A DNA stretch of 37,204 bases, from positions 1-37,204 of the forward strand of contig CAZGQB010000001.1 of assembly GCA_964527055.1 (NCBI GenBank), given 5' to 3'. Of this stretch, positions 8,627 to 18,198 are shown piece by piece. Both the position numbers and the translations under genes were made by a program. Source of the DNA: an uncultured Sulfuritalea sp. (GTDB lineage Bacteria > Pseudomonadota > Gammaproteobacteria > Burkholderiales > Rhodocyclaceae). The first letter of the stretch is position 1; the number at the start of each line of letters is the position of its first letter. Under the pieces are notes generated by a model, which saw nothing but the letters and a program-made list of their open reading frames with translations, ran no database searches and was not told the DNA's origin.

Positions 8627-9229
8627 TCAGTTGATCTCGATGCCGATAAGCGCACCAAGCGCGCGGTTCATTTCGGCCAGTGTCGGATAGGCCACGGTCG
8701 ATGTGAAGGCCCAGCCTCCCGCGCAGCGCAGCTCGCGCACCTGCGGCTGCGCGGCGGATTGCAATCGCAGATGCACCTGGTTGAGCCTCAAGGGGTTGTC
8801 CCATGAGGCAAGAGTCCATGTCGCATTTGCGGTGTCGCTTTCACTTGCGGTGACCGTGCTGGCTGCCAGCAGCGTCGGCGAACGCTTCGCCCCCAGCTCT
8901 TGCTGCCGAATGATCTGCGTCGCGGCAAATCGTCCTTGGCGCACCTGCTGTTCGCTTTCCAGGACGTCATCGACCTCGAGTTCGCAGAAAGGTTCATAGC
9001 GGCGCAGGCGGTCGATGGTGACGACCTGCCCATCCTGCAGGGTGACGTGGGCGGTTCCCGGAGGAATCGCAATGGTTTGTCGGACGACGACCGTCGTGCC
9101 GGCGGGCAAGCGGTAATGGGAAGACGAAACCTCGGTCACGCCGATCGGGGCGCAGCCGGCGAGCAGGATGCCGGCTGCGGCGACGGGCAGAAATTGGCTT
9201 TGGCGCGTGCGCCGACGGACCTGCGTCAT
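8627..9229 (-). CDS. Hypothetical lipoprotein (~200 aa)
   Basis: Basic N-terminus, hydrophobic core and LAGC lipobox, plus two further Cys (PFCE, LRCA). The ATG overlaps the upstream MFP stop (TGATG). Confidence 0.75.
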   Translation of the reverse strand: MTQVRRRTRQSQFLPVAAAGILLAGCAPIGVTEVSSSHYRLPAGTTVVVRQTIAIPPGTAHVTLQDGQVVTIDRLRRYEPFCELEVDDVLESEQQVRQGRFAATQIIRQQELGAKRSPTLLAASTVTASESDTANATWTLASWDNPLRLNQVHLRLQSAAQPQVRELRCAGGWAFTSTVAYPTLAEMNRALGALIGIEIN

Positions 9230-10236
9230 CACATGGCCTTCAGATAGGATTCGGTGGCGGCGAAACGCAGCAGTGCGCCGATGACGACGTCAAGGAAGCC
9301 CAGGATGTGGTAGGGCTTCTCGGCGGAGATCCAGGCCTTGCCGGTGGCGCCGACGGGAATGTAGATGCCTTCCGGCTCGGTGAACTCGAGGATCACGGTG
9401 CGGCCGACCTCGTTCTGGTTGCGCTGGATGTGCTGGCTGACCATGTCGGGGCGGCCGCCGAACAGGTCGCCCTGTGCCTCGCCGGTTGCCTGCGTGACGC
9501 TGTGCACGCGGGCGCGGAAGATCTTTCCCGGATAGGTGTCGACATAGAACTCGGCAAAGGCATGCGTCTTGATGTATTCGTAGACCTGGTCGGGGATGCG
9601 CAGCTCGATGAACTTCTTGTCGGAGAACATGACGAAGGCCGAGGGCCGTTGTTCGCCGAAGAACTGCCCCTCCGAGGTGTATTGCACCACGACGCGGCCG
9701 TCGACCGGCGCCGTGACCAGCGCGCGATCGACTTTCCATTGCAGGTCGGCGATGTCCTGCTCGGCCTTGATGACGAGTTCGCGCTGGTTCTCCACCTCGG
9801 CGACCTTGGCATCGTATTCGGCCTGCGGCACGACGTCGCCGCGCAACCCGGCCAGGCGCTTTTGGTCGACCTCGAGTTTCTTCAATTGTGTCTGCAGGCG
9901 CGATTTTTCGGCCTTCTTGGCGGCCATCTGGATTTCGTAGCGGTCGGTCTTGAACTTGAAAACCGGGTCGCCGGCCTTGAGTTTCTGGTTGTGGGTGACG
10001 AAGATCTTTTCTATTTCGCCGCCGGCGGGCGAGTTGAGGACGATGCTCGGCGCCTTGACGGTGGTCGTGGCGGTGAGATCGATGAAGGCGAAATAGCGCG
10101 TGAAGGTCAGCAGCATGAACAGGATGAACACCGCGCCGAGGCCCATGGCGACGAAATTGCCGGCCGTCTTCTTGACCACGCCGTACTTGACCAGCAGCCA
10201 GCAGATCAGCAGGTAAGGGACGAGGGTCAGCTTCAT
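9229..10236 (-). CDS. HlyD-family membrane fusion protein, YibH/YiaV type
   Basis: Two N-terminal hydrophobic segments, lipoyl halves (SPAGGEIEKIFVTHNQKLKAGDPVF; VTAPVDG), a coiled-coil hairpin, AEFYVDTYPGKIFRARV, and an amphipathic C-terminal helix. Confidence 0.87.
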   Translation of the reverse strand: MKLTLVPYLLICWLLVKYGVVKKTAGNFVAMGLGAVFILFMLLTFTRYFAFIDLTATTTVKAPSIVLNSPAGGEIEKIFVTHNQKLKAGDPVFKFKTDRYEIQMAAKKAEKSRLQTQLKKLEVDQKRLAGLRGDVVPQAEYDAKVAEVENQRELVIKAEQDIADLQWKVDRALVTAPVDGRVVVQYTSEGQFFGEQRPSAFVMFSDKKFIELRIPDQVYEYIKTHAFAEFYVDTYPGKIFRARVHSVTQATGEAQGDLFGGRPDMVSQHIQRNQNEVGRTVILEFTEPEGIYIPVGATGKAWISAEKPYHILGFLDVVIGALLRFAATESYLKAM

Positions 10237-10721
10237 GCCGTGGGCTCCTGACGGGGCGGCGCGGAGGCTGCGGGCCCTGCGGCGGGTGCAGCGACGGGTA
10301 CTGCAACGGGCGGCGCGATCGGTGCCGCGGCGGCGGGCGCGGAAGTCGGCGCCGGCGGGACGGCTCCGGCACGGTCATCGATCCTGGCGCGGCGCAGGAT
10401 GCCGACCAGCCAGTCCTCGGCCGCCTGCCAGTCCATGTAGGCGATGAACAGGGCGACGGCCCAGACCCAGTGTTCGAGCAGGCCGAGCAGGGTCAGGGCG
10501 CTGACCAGTTCCACCTGGCGCATTTTCTTGTGGTCGGCCTTGTGCGCCGGTATTTCATGGACGCGCCACGCGAGCATCAGCAGCACGACGATGATCAGGG
10601 CAAGCAGGGGCAACAGGATGTAGAGCAGCCAGTCGGCGTCCAGTATCTTGCGGTAGAGGTCGAAGGGCTCGACACTGTAGTAGCCCTCGGGTACGGGTTC
10701 GTCATAGACATGGAACAGCAT
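10233..10721 (-). CDS. Small inner-membrane protein, YibI/YiaW (DUF3302)-like, with Pro/Ala-rich tail
   Basis: TM helix, then WRVHEIPAHKA, then TM segments (LTLLGLLEHWVWAVALFIAY). It sits directly upstream of a YibH-type MFP and overlaps both neighbours. Confidence 0.7.
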   Translation of the reverse strand: MLFHVYDEPVPEGYYSVEPFDLYRKILDADWLLYILLPLLALIIVVLLMLAWRVHEIPAHKADHKKMRQVELVSALTLLGLLEHWVWAVALFIAYMDWQAAEDWLVGILRRARIDDRAGAVPPAPTSAPAAAAPIAPPVAVPVAAPAAGPAASAPPRQEPTA

Positions 10722-12142
10722 CAGAAACCTCCTCCCAGGGCCTTGTAATACTGGCTTCGGGCAGACAGTTGGTTGAATCTTGCTTCGGCCAGCAGCGTGG
10801 CGGAATTCAGCGCCTTGACGGTTTCCGCCAGCACCTCGAACTTGCTGGTGCGCCCGGCGTCGTAGCTTTTTTCGGCGAGCACGATGGACCGTTTGCGCAC
10901 CGTGAGTTCTTCCTGGATCGACTTGAACTGGCTATCGGCATTGTCCATCAGTCTTAGCGATTTGTAGACTTCACCGAATGCCAGCGAGACCGTATATTGG
11001 TAGTGGGCCAGCGCCTTCTGCCGCCGTGCCTCGGCGGCATCGACTTTCGACTGCACCAGGCCGCCGTCGAAAATCGGCCCGACCAGGCCGGCGCCCGCCT
11101 CCCAGAATAGCGGCATGCCGGATACCGCGCTGGAGGTCGAGGCGACGAATCCGGCCAGCAGCGAAAGCGTCAGCCGCGGATAGAACTCGGCGCGCGCGCT
11201 GTTGACGTCGGCATGCGCGGCAACCAGCAGCAACTCGGCCGAAGCCACGTCCGGGCGGCGCAGCAGCAGGATCGAGTCGACCTCGCGCGGCGTCTGCGGG
11301 ACGGTCGGCATGGACCCTTGCGGCAGGTCTTCACCCGGACGCTTCAAGGGCGCGGGGCGCGGCATATCGTCCCCCATCCGGCGCGGGCTGCGCCCGACAA
11401 GGTGCTTCAGTGCCAGTTCGGTCCTGGATATTCCCTCTTCGATGACCGGCACGCGCGCTTCGGTGGCCTTGAATTCCGCCAGGCTCTGGATGTAGGCCAT
11501 TTCGGTGCCCACTTCGGCCTTCCAGCGCCGGTATTCGAGCTCGGTCACGGTTTTCAGGCTGGCCGCAGCGGCGCGGGTGACCACCAGCTTGGCATCCAGT
11601 ATGCGCAGCTGAAACCAGGCATCTGAGACCAGCGTGGAAATGGACAGGGTTGTGGCATTGCGCGCGTGCTCGGTAGCGGCAAAGCGCGCCAGCGCGGCAT
11701 CGTTCATCTGGCGGATGCGATCCCACAGGTCGATTTCCCAGCTGACGGCCAAACCGACGGTGCCGGTGGAGACGACATCGTCGAACTCCTTCGAGCCCAG
11801 TTCCAGCTGGCGCTGCGATGAGTAGGCAGTGACCCCGCCATCGACGCGCGGCGTGAGCAGGGATCTTGCCGAAGCCGCCGCCGCCTTGGCCTCGGCGACA
11901 TTGGCCGCTGCCTTGGCGAGATCCCAGTTGTGCAGCAAGGCCTCTTCAACCAGCGCGTTGAGGGCCGGATCCTCGAAGGCCTTCCACCACTGGCGGTCGA
12001 TCGAAAGCGGCTTGGCCGGTTCGACCGGTGCCGCCGGCAGATCGAGCGGCGGCCGCTCGTACTCCGGCCACACCGTCGAGCACGAAGCCGCGGCCAGCGA
12101 GAGCAGCATCAATAGATAACGGAGTCTGGAATGTCGTTGCAT
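10721..12142 (-). CDS. Outer membrane factor lipoprotein (NodT/OprM/TolC family)
   Basis: AASC lipobox-like signal, WWKAFEDPALNALVEEAL, SWEIDLW, RRPDVASAE, FYPRLTL and YKALGGGF motifs. Start set at ATG 12142. Confidence 0.92.
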   Translation of the reverse strand: MQRHSRLRYLLMLLSLAAASCSTVWPEYERPPLDLPAAPVEPAKPLSIDRQWWKAFEDPALNALVEEALLHNWDLAKAAANVAEAKAAAASARSLLTPRVDGGVTAYSSQRQLELGSKEFDDVVSTGTVGLAVSWEIDLWDRIRQMNDAALARFAATEHARNATTLSISTLVSDAWFQLRILDAKLVVTRAAAASLKTVTELEYRRWKAEVGTEMAYIQSLAEFKATEARVPVIEEGISRTELALKHLVGRSPRRMGDDMPRPAPLKRPGEDLPQGSMPTVPQTPREVDSILLLRRPDVASAELLLVAAHADVNSARAEFYPRLTLSLLAGFVASTSSAVSGMPLFWEAGAGLVGPIFDGGLVQSKVDAAEARRQKALAHYQYTVSLAFGEVYKSLRLMDNADSQFKSIQEELTVRKRSIVLAEKSYDAGRTSKFEVLAETVKALNSATLLAEARFNQLSARSQYYKALGGGF

Positions 12143-12192
12143 CAAAATCCGGCAGGCGTGGCCCAAGACTATCCCGGTGAAGTCGGGAGGCT

Positions 12193-12198
12193 ATTGTA
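12193..12198 (-). promoter_or_regulatory. Candidate sigma70 -10 element (TACAAT) for the OMF-DUF3302-MFP-lipoprotein operon
   Basis: TACAAT on the minus strand ~50 bp upstream of ATG 12142 in a 141-bp gap. No properly spaced -35 was seen. Confidence 0.35.
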
Positions 12199-12283
12199 GC
12201 GGAGTCAGGGCGTGCAACTGATCAAGGCTACGGTTCGTCGAGGCGTTCCGGCCCGCAATGCCAATTGCCGAAGCTATGCCGGA

Positions 12284-13744
12284 TCAGGACTGCGGGGGTT
12301 TCTTCGCCTCTCCTGCCGCCTTGTCCGGGTCGACGCCATCGACCCAGCCGCCACCGAGTGCGCGATAGGTACCGACCAGCTGGATCAGGCGGTCCGCCGC
12401 TGCGTTCATGGCCGACAGCTCGGCGGCGAACAATTCGTTCTCGGCATACAGCACATCGACATAGCTGGCCGCGCCGTTCTCGTACCTCAGCCGCGACAGC
12501 CGCGCGTATTCGCGCAGGGCAGCGACCCGCGCCTTCTGCGCGGCGTAGGCTTCGGCGGCCTTCTGCGCGCCGGTCAGGGCGTCGTTGGTATCGCGCAGCG
12601 CGTCCAGTATCGCCCGCTGGTAGCTGGCCAGCGCCTCGCGCTCGAAGGCTTCCGCGGAAAGCACCTGGCCCTCGATGTTGCCGAAGGTGAATATCGGCCC
12701 GCCGAGGCCGGCGGCGGCGGCGGCAATCCGCGCCGGCCCGGTCATGAAGTCGCTGGCGGCGGCGCTCAGCGAACCGAGCAGGCCGGTCAGGGAAATGGTC
12801 GGAAAGTAGAGCGAGCGGGCGACGCCGATGTTGGCGTTGGCGGCGACCAGGTTCTGCTCGGCCTGCAGCACGTCGGGACGGCGCTCGAGCAGCGACGAGG
12901 GCAGGCCCGGCGGGATTGCCGGCACCGCAAGCTCCTCGATGCCGCGACCGCGCCGGATCGGGCCGGGGGCGCGACCGAGCAGCACCGACAGCAGGTTCTC
13001 CTGCGCCGCGACCTGCCGTTCGATCTGCGGAATCGCCTGCATCGCCTGCTGGTACTGCGACTCGACCTGGGATACCTCGACTTGCGAGACCACGCCGCCG
13101 GAGAAGCGCAGCCTGAAAATGCGCAGCGAGTCTTCGTGGTTGGCAGCGGTGGCGCGGGCGATCACCAGCTGGCGGTCGAGCGCGCGCAGCGTGATATAGC
13201 TGGCTGCGACGCCGGAGACCACCGTCAGCAGCGTGCCGCGCCGGCCCTGCTCGCTGGCATAGACGCGGGCTTGCGCCGCCTCGCTCTGGCGGCGCACGCG
13301 GCCGAACAGGTCGATCTGCCAGGCGGCGCTGACGGTGCCCTGGTAGAGCTTGTACCAGGGGTCGGCGCCGGCCGGCAGCGGGGTCACGCCGACTTCCGAT
13401 TCGCGGTTGCGGCTGGCGTCGAGGCCGTAGCCGATCTGCGGAAAGAATTGCGAACGGGTGGTGGAGAGCTGCCCGAGGTACTGGTCGACCCGGGCCGCGG
13501 CAATGCGGATGTCGTAGTTCTCGCGCAGCGCGGTTTCGATCAGTTCGTCGAGCACCGGGTCCCGGAACTGCTGCCACCAGCGCTGGTTGGCCAATTCGGC
13601 GGCCTGCGGATAGTCGACGCGCCAGGCGGCCGGCAGGTCGATCGCCGGTCGCAGAAAGTCGGGACCGACGGTGCAGGCGCCGAGCACACCGGCCAGGGCG
13701 ATGGCCAGCAGCGGGGTACGCAGGGTTTTCTTCAGCGCTCGCAT
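12284..13744 (-). CDS. RND efflux outer membrane lipoprotein (NodT/OprM family)
   Basis: LGAC lipobox, WWQQFRDPVLDELI, WQIDLFGR, LLERRPDV and YRALGGGW motifs. Confidence 0.95.
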   Translation of the reverse strand: MRALKKTLRTPLLAIALAGVLGACTVGPDFLRPAIDLPAAWRVDYPQAAELANQRWWQQFRDPVLDELIETALRENYDIRIAAARVDQYLGQLSTTRSQFFPQIGYGLDASRNRESEVGVTPLPAGADPWYKLYQGTVSAAWQIDLFGRVRRQSEAAQARVYASEQGRRGTLLTVVSGVAASYITLRALDRQLVIARATAANHEDSLRIFRLRFSGGVVSQVEVSQVESQYQQAMQAIPQIERQVAAQENLLSVLLGRAPGPIRRGRGIEELAVPAIPPGLPSSLLERRPDVLQAEQNLVAANANIGVARSLYFPTISLTGLLGSLSAAASDFMTGPARIAAAAAGLGGPIFTFGNIEGQVLSAEAFEREALASYQRAILDALRDTNDALTGAQKAAEAYAAQKARVAALREYARLSRLRYENGAASYVDVLYAENELFAAELSAMNAAADRLIQLVGTYRALGGGWVDGVDPDKAAGEAKKPPQS

Positions 13745-13745
13745 G

Positions 13746-16700
13746 TCAGTGCTCCTCCCCGCCGGCGGGCGGCGCGGACTTCACCGAACGGCGCGCGCTC
13801 CAGGTTTCCAGCAGCGTGAAGAACAGCGGGACGAAGAAAATGGCAATCAGGGTCGAAAACAACATGCCGCCGATGACGCCGGTACCGATGGCGCGCAGGC
13901 TGTTGGCGCCGGGACCGGTGGCGATGGCCAGTGGCACGCAGCCGAGGATGAAGGCGAAGGAGGTCATCACAATCGCACGCAGTCGTAGCCCTGCAGCTTC
14001 GATCGCCGCCTCGCGGATGGCCATGCCCTTATGCACGCGCTCGATGGCGAACTCGACGATCAGGATCGCGTTCTTGGCCGCCAGCCCCACCAGCGTCACC
14101 AGGCCGACCTGGAAATACACATCGTTTTCCAGACCCAGCGCCCAGGTCAGCAACAGCGCCCCGAGTATCGCGAAGGGCACCGTCAGCACCACCGCCACCG
14201 GCAGCGTCCATTTTTCGAACTGGGCGGCCAGGAGCAGGAAGACGACGATGATGCCGAAGATGAAGGCCGACGACGAAGTGCTGCCGGCGCCTTTTTCCTG
14301 CAGGGCCTGGCCGGCCCAGGAGTAGCTGAAGCCTTCGCCGAGCTCTTCGTTGGCGACATCCTCGATGGCCTGCAACGCCTGCCCCGAACTGTAGCCTGAA
14401 GCCGGATTGCCGGTGACCTTCATTGCCGGGAAGCCGTTGAACCGGGTGACCATCTTCGGAGCGGGCACATAGCTGACCGTCACCAAGGTGGACAGCGGCA
14501 CCATGATCCCCTTGCTGGATTTGATGTAGACCTTGTCGAAGTCTTCAGGACGGGCACGGAACTCGGCATCGGCCTGGATCATGACCCACCAGACGCGGCT
14601 GTACTGGCTGAACTGACCGGCGACCTGTGAACCAAAGTAGGCTTGCACAGTCTCGAAGACCGTCGATACGGGTACGCCCAGAAGCTCGGCTTTGCTCCGG
14701 TTGAGGTCGAGGAACAGTTGCTGTGACGTCGCCTTGAATGTGCTGCTGACGCCTTGCAGTTCGGGACGCTGACGCGCCTTGGCCAGAAAAGCCTGCAGTT
14801 TTTCCTGTTGAAAAGAGGAAGTTCTGCCGGAACGGTCTTGAATGTAAAACTCGAAACCGCCGGTGGTGCCCATGCCCGGGATGGAGGGCGGGTTGATCGC
14901 AAAGGCGAAGCCGTCGCGCATCTTTGCGAATCCGGCGTTAAGCCGGTCGAGTGCGGCAAAGGAGAGCAGTGACGGATCGCCGCGCTCCTCGAAGGGTTTG
15001 AGCGAAACGAAGAGTACGGCCGTATTGTTCTGGTATTGCCCGTCGATCAGGTTGTACCCATTCACGGTCGCAACATCCTGAACCGACGGGTCGGCCAGTA
15101 CTTTCTTCTCGATATCGCGCGTGAGATTGCTGATGACGTTAAGACTGGCCGAATCCGGCGCCGCGACAATGGTGAAGAAATATCCCTGGTCTTCATCCGG
15201 CACAAAGCTGGAGGGTACGACCTTGAACATCAGGAGAATGCCGGCGAGAACCGCCACGAAGGCGGCAATGCCGCGCACCGGGTTGCCGATGATCTTGGCG
15301 ACACCGGCCATGTAACCCTGACGCACGCCCTCGAACGTGTTTTCGAACCAGAGGAAGAAGCCCTTCTTCTCGCCATGGTGTGCCTTGAGGATGATGGCGG
15401 CGAGAGCCGGGGACAGGGTCAGGGCCATGATGCCCGAGACCACCATGGAGATCGCAATGGTGACGGCAAACTGTTTGTACAGCGTGCCGGTCACGCCACC
15501 GAGGAAGGCTACGGGCAGGAATACCGCGAGCAGCACCAGCACGATCGAAATCAGCGCCCCGGCGATTTCCGTCATCGCCTGCTTGGCCGCCTCGAACGGC
15601 GACATGTGCTTGGTCGTCATGTTGGCCTCGACCGTCTCGACCACGACAATGGCATCGTCGACGACCAGGCCGATCGCCAGGATCATGCCGAACATGGTCA
15701 GCATGTTGATCGAGAAGCCGAACAGGTACATGCCGACGAAAGTGCCGATGATGGAGACAGGCACGGCCAGGATGGGGATGACCGTAGCGCGCAGCGTCTG
15801 CAGGAAGACGAAAACCACCAGCACGACGAGGATCACGGCTTCGAAGAAGGTGTGAACCACCTTGTCGATCGAGTTGAGGGTGAACAGGCTGGTATCGAGA
15901 ACGACCTTGTAGTCCATTCCCGGGGGGAAGGTCTTCTTCAGTTCTTCCAGGCGCGCCCGCACGGCCTTGGCGGTTTCAATGGCATTGGCGCCGGGCTGCT
16001 GGTAAATGGCAATGGTGGTGCCGGTTTTGCCATTGATCCGGCTGGCAATTCCGTAGTCGCGCTTGGCCATTTCGACCCGCCCGATGTCCTTGAGGCGCAC
16101 GGTAGCCGAGCCTTGCTGCGAAGCCCGGATGATGATCTCGGCAAATTCCTCGGGCTTGGTCAGCAGGCCTTGTGCAGTGACCACGAAGGACTGCTGCACG
16201 TCGGGCAGCATGGGCAGGGCGCCAAGCTGGCCGATGCCGAAGGTCTGGTTCTGACTCTGGATGGCGTTGGCAACTTCCTGTGTGGTGACGCCCAGTTCCG
16301 CCATGCGGTCGGGGCGCAGCCAGACGCGCATGGCGATGTCGGCGACACCGAACACCGAGGCCCGGTTGGCGCCGGGAATGCGCTTGAGTTCCTCGAGAAT
16401 ACTCAGGTTGGCGAAATTGTCGATGAAAGTCTGGTCGTAACTTTCGTCGGGCGAATATACCGAGAAGACCATCATGAAACTCGACGATTTCTTGTCCACG
16501 GTGATGCCCTGCTGCACTACGGCGGACGGCAGCTGTGACGTGGCCTGGCTGACGCGGTTCTGCACATTGACCTGGTTGATGTCGGTGTTGGTACCTGGCT
16601 TGAACAGGACGTTGACGGTCACGTTGCCGCTGGACGAGCTCGTCGAATAAAAGTACAGGAGGTTGTCAACGCCGTTGATCTGCGCCTCAAGTGGTGCGGC

Positions 16701-16886
16701 GACGGTGTTGGCGATGACCTCGGCGGTCGCACCGGGATAACGGGCAGTCACCTGGATCTGCGGCGGCGCCATGTCCGGATACTGCTCGATCGGCGCGACC
16801 GACATGGATACAGCCCCGGCCAGCACGATCAGCAACGAGATGACTGACGACAGGATCGGTCGGGCGATGAAGAAGTGAGTGAACAT
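13746..16886 (-). CDS. RND efflux permease, HAE1 (AcrB/MexB/MexF-like)
   Basis: FFIARPI N-terminus, proton-relay motifs AIGLVVDDAIVVVE, GLAAKNAILIVEFA and RLRAIVMTS; 1046 aa. Confidence 0.97.
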   Translation of the reverse strand: MFTHFFIARPILSSVISLLIVLAGAVSMSVAPIEQYPDMAPPQIQVTARYPGATAEVIANTVAAPLEAQINGVDNLLYFYSTSSSSGNVTVNVLFKPGTNTDINQVNVQNRVSQATSQLPSAVVQQGITVDKKSSSFMMVFSVYSPDESYDQTFIDNFANLSILEELKRIPGANRASVFGVADIAMRVWLRPDRMAELGVTTQEVANAIQSQNQTFGIGQLGALPMLPDVQQSFVVTAQGLLTKPEEFAEIIIRASQQGSATVRLKDIGRVEMAKRDYGIASRINGKTGTTIAIYQQPGANAIETAKAVRARLEELKKTFPPGMDYKVVLDTSLFTLNSIDKVVHTFFEAVILVVLVVFVFLQTLRATVIPILAVPVSIIGTFVGMYLFGFSINMLTMFGMILAIGLVVDDAIVVVETVEANMTTKHMSPFEAAKQAMTEIAGALISIVLVLLAVFLPVAFLGGVTGTLYKQFAVTIAISMVVSGIMALTLSPALAAIILKAHHGEKKGFFLWFENTFEGVRQGYMAGVAKIIGNPVRGIAAFVAVLAGILLMFKVVPSSFVPDEDQGYFFTIVAAPDSASLNVISNLTRDIEKKVLADPSVQDVATVNGYNLIDGQYQNNTAVLFVSLKPFEERGDPSLLSFAALDRLNAGFAKMRDGFAFAINPPSIPGMGTTGGFEFYIQDRSGRTSSFQQEKLQAFLAKARQRPELQGVSSTFKATSQQLFLDLNRSKAELLGVPVSTVFETVQAYFGSQVAGQFSQYSRVWWVMIQADAEFRARPEDFDKVYIKSSKGIMVPLSTLVTVSYVPAPKMVTRFNGFPAMKVTGNPASGYSSGQALQAIEDVANEELGEGFSYSWAGQALQEKGAGSTSSSAFIFGIIVVFLLLAAQFEKWTLPVAVVLTVPFAILGALLLTWALGLENDVYFQVGLVTLVGLAAKNAILIVEFAIERVHKGMAIREAAIEAAGLRLRAIVMTSFAFILGCVPLAIATGPGANSLRAIGTGVIGGMLFSTLIAIFFVPLFFTLLETWSARRSVKSAPPAGGEEH

Positions 16887-16895
16887 GTGCGCGGC

Positions 16896-18071
16896 TTACT
16901 TTTTGGTCTTGGCAGCGGAAGCATCCTGTTCTGCTGTTTTTCCGGCGGGCACCGGCTTGACAGGAATGTCCGGGGCAATCCGGGCGAAGCCATCGACGAT
17001 GACGCGGTCACCCGCCTTCAGGCCTTTCTCGATGACGATCTCCTTGTCATTGACGAACGGCCCCACCACTACCGGGCGGACTTCTGCCTGGTCTTTCGCG
17101 TTGACCAGGACGACAGTGTGTCCGCGCGCCCCCTGGTGGACAGCCAGCTGCGGCAAGGCTATGGCATTGGGGCGGATCGCGCCATGCACGTTGACGTTGA
17201 CGAACATGCCGGGTCGCAACTCCTTGTCCGGGTTGGGTATTGCGGCTCGTACCATGAAGGAACCGGTATCCTGGCTGAATGACGGGTCGGCGAAGTTGAT
17301 TCGGCCACGGTGCGGATAGATCCGGTTGCCTGGCAGGATCAGTTCGACCGCATAATTCCTGTCGGGAGGTGCGACCAGCTGTTTTTGAGCGAGTCGCCGC
17401 TGGTTGTCTTCCATCTGATTCTGCGAGATGCTGAAAGTGACCCAGATCGGATCGAGTGCGGCGACATAGGTCAGACGGGAGGTTTCCGCCGCGCCACCGA
17501 CGTAGGCGCCCTCGCGCTGCAAGGCGCGGCCCGTGGAGCCGCTGACCGGCGACTTGACGGTGGTGTAGTCGAGGTTGAGCTGGGCCTCCTGCACCTTGGC
17601 CTGCGCCGAATGCACGGCGGCGGTGGCCATCTCGAACTCGCCCGTGGCGCGATCGAGGTCTGCCTGCGACAGGGCGTTCTGCTCGGCCAGCGGCTTGACC
17701 CGCTTCAGCTGCGCGGTGGCCGTCGTCAGGCGCGCCTGCTGCGCGCCCAGTTCGCCTTGCGCCGAATCGAGCTGCGCCTTGAAGGGTTTCGGGTCGATCT
17801 GGAACAGCACCTGACCTTCCTTGACGAATGATCCTTCCGCGTAAGCAATTTTGTCGAGGAATCCGGCGACGCGGGCAACAATTTCCACCTGCCGCGAACT
17901 TTCGGTCTGGGCGACGAAGTTTGCAACCTCGGGCGTATCGCGCGGCGCCACGGTGATGAAGCCCACCTCGGGTACCGGTTTCGGCGCTGCCTGCTTCGGA
18001 TCAGAACAGGCGGTGAGCAGGGCCGCGGCGACAATGAGAAAGGGGGTCAGGATCTTGGGCGGGCCGAACAT
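16896..18071 (-). CDS. RND periplasmic adaptor (AcrA/MexA family) lipoprotein
   Basis: LTAC lipobox, EIVARVAG, VKEGQVLFQIDP, TVKSPVSG and LRPGMFV motifs. An AAGGA RBS favours ATG 18071 over 18113. Confidence 0.95.
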   Translation of the reverse strand: MFGPPKILTPFLIVAAALLTACSDPKQAAPKPVPEVGFITVAPRDTPEVANFVAQTESSRQVEIVARVAGFLDKIAYAEGSFVKEGQVLFQIDPKPFKAQLDSAQGELGAQQARLTTATAQLKRVKPLAEQNALSQADLDRATGEFEMATAAVHSAQAKVQEAQLNLDYTTVKSPVSGSTGRALQREGAYVGGAAETSRLTYVAALDPIWVTFSISQNQMEDNQRRLAQKQLVAPPDRNYAVELILPGNRIYPHRGRINFADPSFSQDTGSFMVRAAIPNPDKELRPGMFVNVNVHGAIRPNAIALPQLAVHQGARGHTVVLVNAKDQAEVRPVVVGPFVNDKEIVIEKGLKAGDRVIVDGFARIAPDIPVKPVPAGKTAEQDASAAKTKK

Positions 18072-18161
18072 GAACGATGTCCTTGAAATGGGCTGAACCG
18101 GAGGGTGCGACATTTTGAACCAACCTGGCGCCGTCAGGCAATAAAGTCGGCGCCGGCGATA

Positions 18162-18192
18162 CGGCGACCCGAAAGCGAAATCCGGGTCGCCG
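18162..18192 (-). terminator. GC-rich hairpin downstream of the SBP gene; possible terminator
   Basis: Perfect 10-bp stem CGGCGACCCG/CGGGTCGCCG with an 11-nt loop, 6 bp past the stop codon. The U-tract is weak. Confidence 0.45.
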
Positions 18193-18198
18193 GCTACC

